This document shows positions 60,976 to 64,000 of a DNA stretch of 64,000 nt, piece by piece; positions within the stretch are counted from its first letter, which is position 1; each line of letters opens with the position of its first letter. The notes under the pieces were generated by a model. The model ran no database searches, was not told where the DNA came from, and worked only from the letters and a program-made list of their open reading frames with translations. The DNA is from Gekko japonicus (Eukaryota). The stretch is from NCBI RefSeq assembly GCF_001447785.1, contig NW_015161405.1:1089835-1153834 (forward strand), in the 5' to 3' direction. The position numbers and the translations under genes are program-made.

Positions 60976-61586
60976 GAGAAACCAAAAACCACCAAGCACT
61001 GCAAGCCATGAAGTAATCTTAATTAAAAACTAGCCTAGGTGCCTTCGACAACTGTAATTTCTTTGTACATGGAGGAAAGAAGCTGTCACATTCATTGGCT
61101 CATCTTGAACCATAGTGCTTAAATACAAAACCAAAAGCCACATAAAACCTTTATTAGGACCAGCAAAAATTACAAAAAACTGTGTGCAAGCTTTCACGTT
61201 TTCCAGAACTCTTAATTAGGTTGGGTGGTTTGTTTGTTTTTCTAAGTATTTAAATGGCTTCTTTTGTACTGTGACAGAGAGAAAGCACGACCCAGTTTAT
61301 TCAATTGCTTGTTGAAGTTCATGCAGAAGCATATTTCTGTTGCATTCTTGTCATCTCCCCCTCCTTTACTATCCCTTCCCTTTCTTTGCTTCTTTCTTTT
61401 GTGATTTGGGATGTCACCATGGTCCCCTGCTGGATTTGTCTTTTCAGGAGCTCATACCAAGTGTCCCACTAGGATATATAATAATTATGGTATGGCATTG
61501 TGTGTAGAATAGCCAGGAGATCCTAAGATAGACAGGCACAAGTTCTAGATCTTTAGTGTTATGTACCACTAGGTGGTGAGCTAGAC

Positions 61587-61731
61587 AAGAGACATTTCAG
61601 AGGTGGTTTGCCATTGCCTGCCTCTGCATCATGACCTTGGAGATCACCCTTCCAAATACTAGCCAAGGCCAACCCTGCTTAGTTTCTGAGATCTGATGGG
61701 ATCAGGCTGTCCTGTGCTATCCAGGTCAGGG
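61587..61731 (-). mobile_element. 5S-derived SINE, tail truncated
   Basis: Homologous to 40345-40500. Confidence 0.85.
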
Positions 61732-61812
61732 CTACTGATTTGTACCAGAATACTGATACAAATGTTGGCTGACCATTTATTGGTGAGATTAATGGTTCAG
61801 AGTGGTTAGCAT

Positions 61813-62018
61813 CAATGTTCCCTCTAAGCTATGGAGTCCTATGAGCAAAAATTCTACTTTGTGAGCTCCTGACATTAAAGTTGTGAGCAAGTGATTTGGT
61901 TACTGCATAAATCAGTTTGCTCTGGAGCTGTCCTTCCTGAGCTAAGACAAAAATGTATGAGCTGGAGGCTAAAAAACTGTGAGCTAGCTCACACTAACTC
62001 AGCTTAGAGGAAACAGTG
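61813..62018. mobile_element. hAT-type MITE (CAGTGTTCCCTCTAAG TIR)
   Basis: CAATGTTCCCTCTAAGCT / AGCTTAGAGGAAACAGTG. 8-bp TSD gttagcat / attagcat. Confidence 0.88.
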
Positions 62019-62151
62019 ATTAGCATATTTATTTTCAATAGGAATTGATTGTTCAGAGATTGTCTCCTGATGGTTAATTAAGTATACATGGGAACTTGGA
62101 GGAGGTATCTCCTCCCAGCTAAAAAAGGTTGTTTGTTTTTTTAAAAAAATA

Positions 62152-63307
62152 TCTCCTTATATATAAAAGAGTTTTTGTGTGCCTCTTGCCTCAATGTTCC
62201 ACATGTTCCACACGCTCCCACAGCCTTTGGCCCCTTCAGCTGCCATTCTGACGGTCTGCCAATCCCCTGGCTGCATTGGCTGGCTGCGTCCGCTGAGTCC
62301 CACCCACAGAACCAGCAGCCACTCTGTCAGCCTCAGTGTAGTGGGAGCCGACAGACAGGATGGACGCTCTGGTGGGCAGAGGGTAAGAAGTCCAACTGGG
62401 AGAAAGGGGGGAGCAGAGCGAGATGGCAGAAAAGTGGGATCAGAGTGGAATAAAAAGGAAAGAAAGCTGGGACCGGGGTGGAATTCAAAGGACAGAAACA
62501 TGGGACCACAGTGGAGTAAAAAGCATGCTGGCTGAGGCTGCGATCCTATGCACACTTCCTCGCCAGCCACTCACCAGCACTTGCTCATGAGTCAATGCAA
62601 GCAGGACCCAGCTGTTAAGTCCTCCCGCCAAGCACATGGAGCTCTCCCCCATCCCGCCCCCCCCTGTGAAATGTTTCACCATTCCCAGTGCCATGCAGAC
62701 AAGCAGGGCCATCGCTGCTCTCCTCTTGGGTCCCAACCCAGTCCCCCCTCCTCCCTCCTTCATTGGGAGACATCCTTCTCATGGGACGGAGGCGGAGCTG
62801 CACAACTCCAGGCAAATCCTCTCTCCTGCCTTCAATGGGCTGCTTACGGGGGAAAGAGGAAGTGAAGCCGAGCCGGGAGGCCCTTTTCGTCGACCAAGCT
62901 TCCTGCCTCTCCCTCCCCCCCCAGCTGGAGCGGAGTCTCACAGCCACACCCTCCCTCATGAGCAGCAGTTGCAGACAACTCATCTGGCTGCATTGCGAGG
63001 AGGGGGTGCAAGGTTTCCTTCTCATGTGCAAGAAGGAAGCTGCAAGGGACAAAGGGCAGAATCACTTCAGGGTGCAGGAAACTTTCAGATGCCAAAGTTG
63101 TGGTAAAGGTTGCAGGGCACAGACACATGTGGCCAGCTAGGCCATGCAGGGCTTTGGAAGTCAGGGCAATGAGTTTGTGCTAAACCTCTCAACAGACAGA
63201 AAAGCAGGTCAGGGATCTGAGAAAGGGTACACGTCCACTGGGGGGGGGGAGATAACTGGCATGTGTGCCAAAGTTTTTGCCAACGGGTCACCTGGGCAAT
63301 AAGCTGA
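62152..63307 (+). mobile_element. Possible non-autonomous Helitron-like element
   Basis: A|TC start (TCTCCTTATATATAAAA), CTGA|T end (CTRR) preceded by an imperfect hairpin TTGCC...GGCAA, no TSD. Confidence 0.35.
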
Positions 63308-63709
63308 TACAACAAGCAAAGTAAATGAAGGAATCCTTATATATTTCTCTCTATATATATCATTCCCTTACATCTTGGCCATTCCCAGCTCTCCCATTGG
63401 CTGTGCAGTGTGTTTCCATCAGCCATTGGGCCGTCAGCCGCCACTCATTGGCCGGGTGCTGTGTCTGCTCCTGTTCCCTGCCCACTTCTACTGCAGCCAC
63501 CTTGCCTCTCAGAATAACTGGCAGATGGCTCTCTCACCCTTGACGAAGACACTTTTGCTGTTTCCCTCAGTGACTGTTGGTAGGCCAAGCTTGGTTCAGT
63601 GTAACCCCCTCCCCCGCCCACTGCCAGCTTGGCCACTTTCCCATCAGAATAAACTGAAAACTCTCTCCTGCTTGGCTCCACTATGGCTGGCTGGCTGGCT
63701 GGCTGGCTG

Positions 63710-63915
63710 ATGATTCCTGGGGATCTGAAGGCTTGTGCCTGGAGACAGTGGGGTTTGAGGAGGGGTGGGACCTCAGACAGGCACAATGCCATGCCTTCCA
63801 CCCTCCAAAGCAGCCATTTCCTCCTGGGCAACCACTCTTCCCAGTCTTCACATGAGAGGTGGAGATCACTCTGAATTACAACTGCTCTTCATGTGGCAGA
63901 GATCAGTTCCCCTGG
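63710..63915. mobile_element. Internal part of a TAGGGTTGCCA-family MITE
   Basis: ACAATGCCATG...CCACCCTCCAAAGCAGCCATTTCCTCC matches 5290-5340. Confidence 0.6.
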
Positions 63916-64000
63916 AGACAATGGTCTACTCTGTATCATTATACCCTTCTAAAGTGGCCACAGGAGATTGACACTGAGTCCTCAAGGCCGGGGTACTCAC

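Noticed and set aside
61410-61430. GATGTCACCATGG resembling the next HDAC9 exon (DVHHGNG)
   Set aside because: No AG acceptor, a base is missing, and the following sequence does not encode NGTQQ. The real exon probably lies beyond the window.
62157-63971. Cluster of overlapping 100-156 aa ORFs
   Set aside because: GC-rich repeat sequence open on both strands with no domain motifs.

Overview
Vertebrate genomic DNA, not prokaryotic. The repeat complement (Sauria SINE, Squam3-type SINEs, a 5S-derived SINE, CR1, L2, RTE-X, L1, Penelope, hAT MITEs) points to a squamate, most likely a gecko. The window lies inside the + strand HDAC9 gene. It holds three consecutive deacetylase-domain exons, none of which appear in the ORF track: 25830-25937 [36 protein letters not shown]; a 56-nt exon NGFAVVRPPGHHAEESTA[M] present twice (50689-50744 and 52007-52062); and 52321-52408 GFCFFNSVAITAKYLRDKLNIGKILIVDL. 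The rest is intron with many transposable elements and three N gaps. Main points: (1) a 1.2-kb near-identical tandem duplication carries the catalytic His-His exon, and a second 1.1-kb duplication has the same unusual junction, which suggests both may be heterozygosity-driven assembly artefacts; (2) an ORF1-only 'half-L1'-like element; (3) a young 3'-truncated L1 with intact ORF1 and endonuclease but no RT; (4) several nested TE insertions with clean TSDs; (5) candidate TWIST1 enhancers in and near the HDAC9 exons. I found no convincing previously undescribed multi-gene system.
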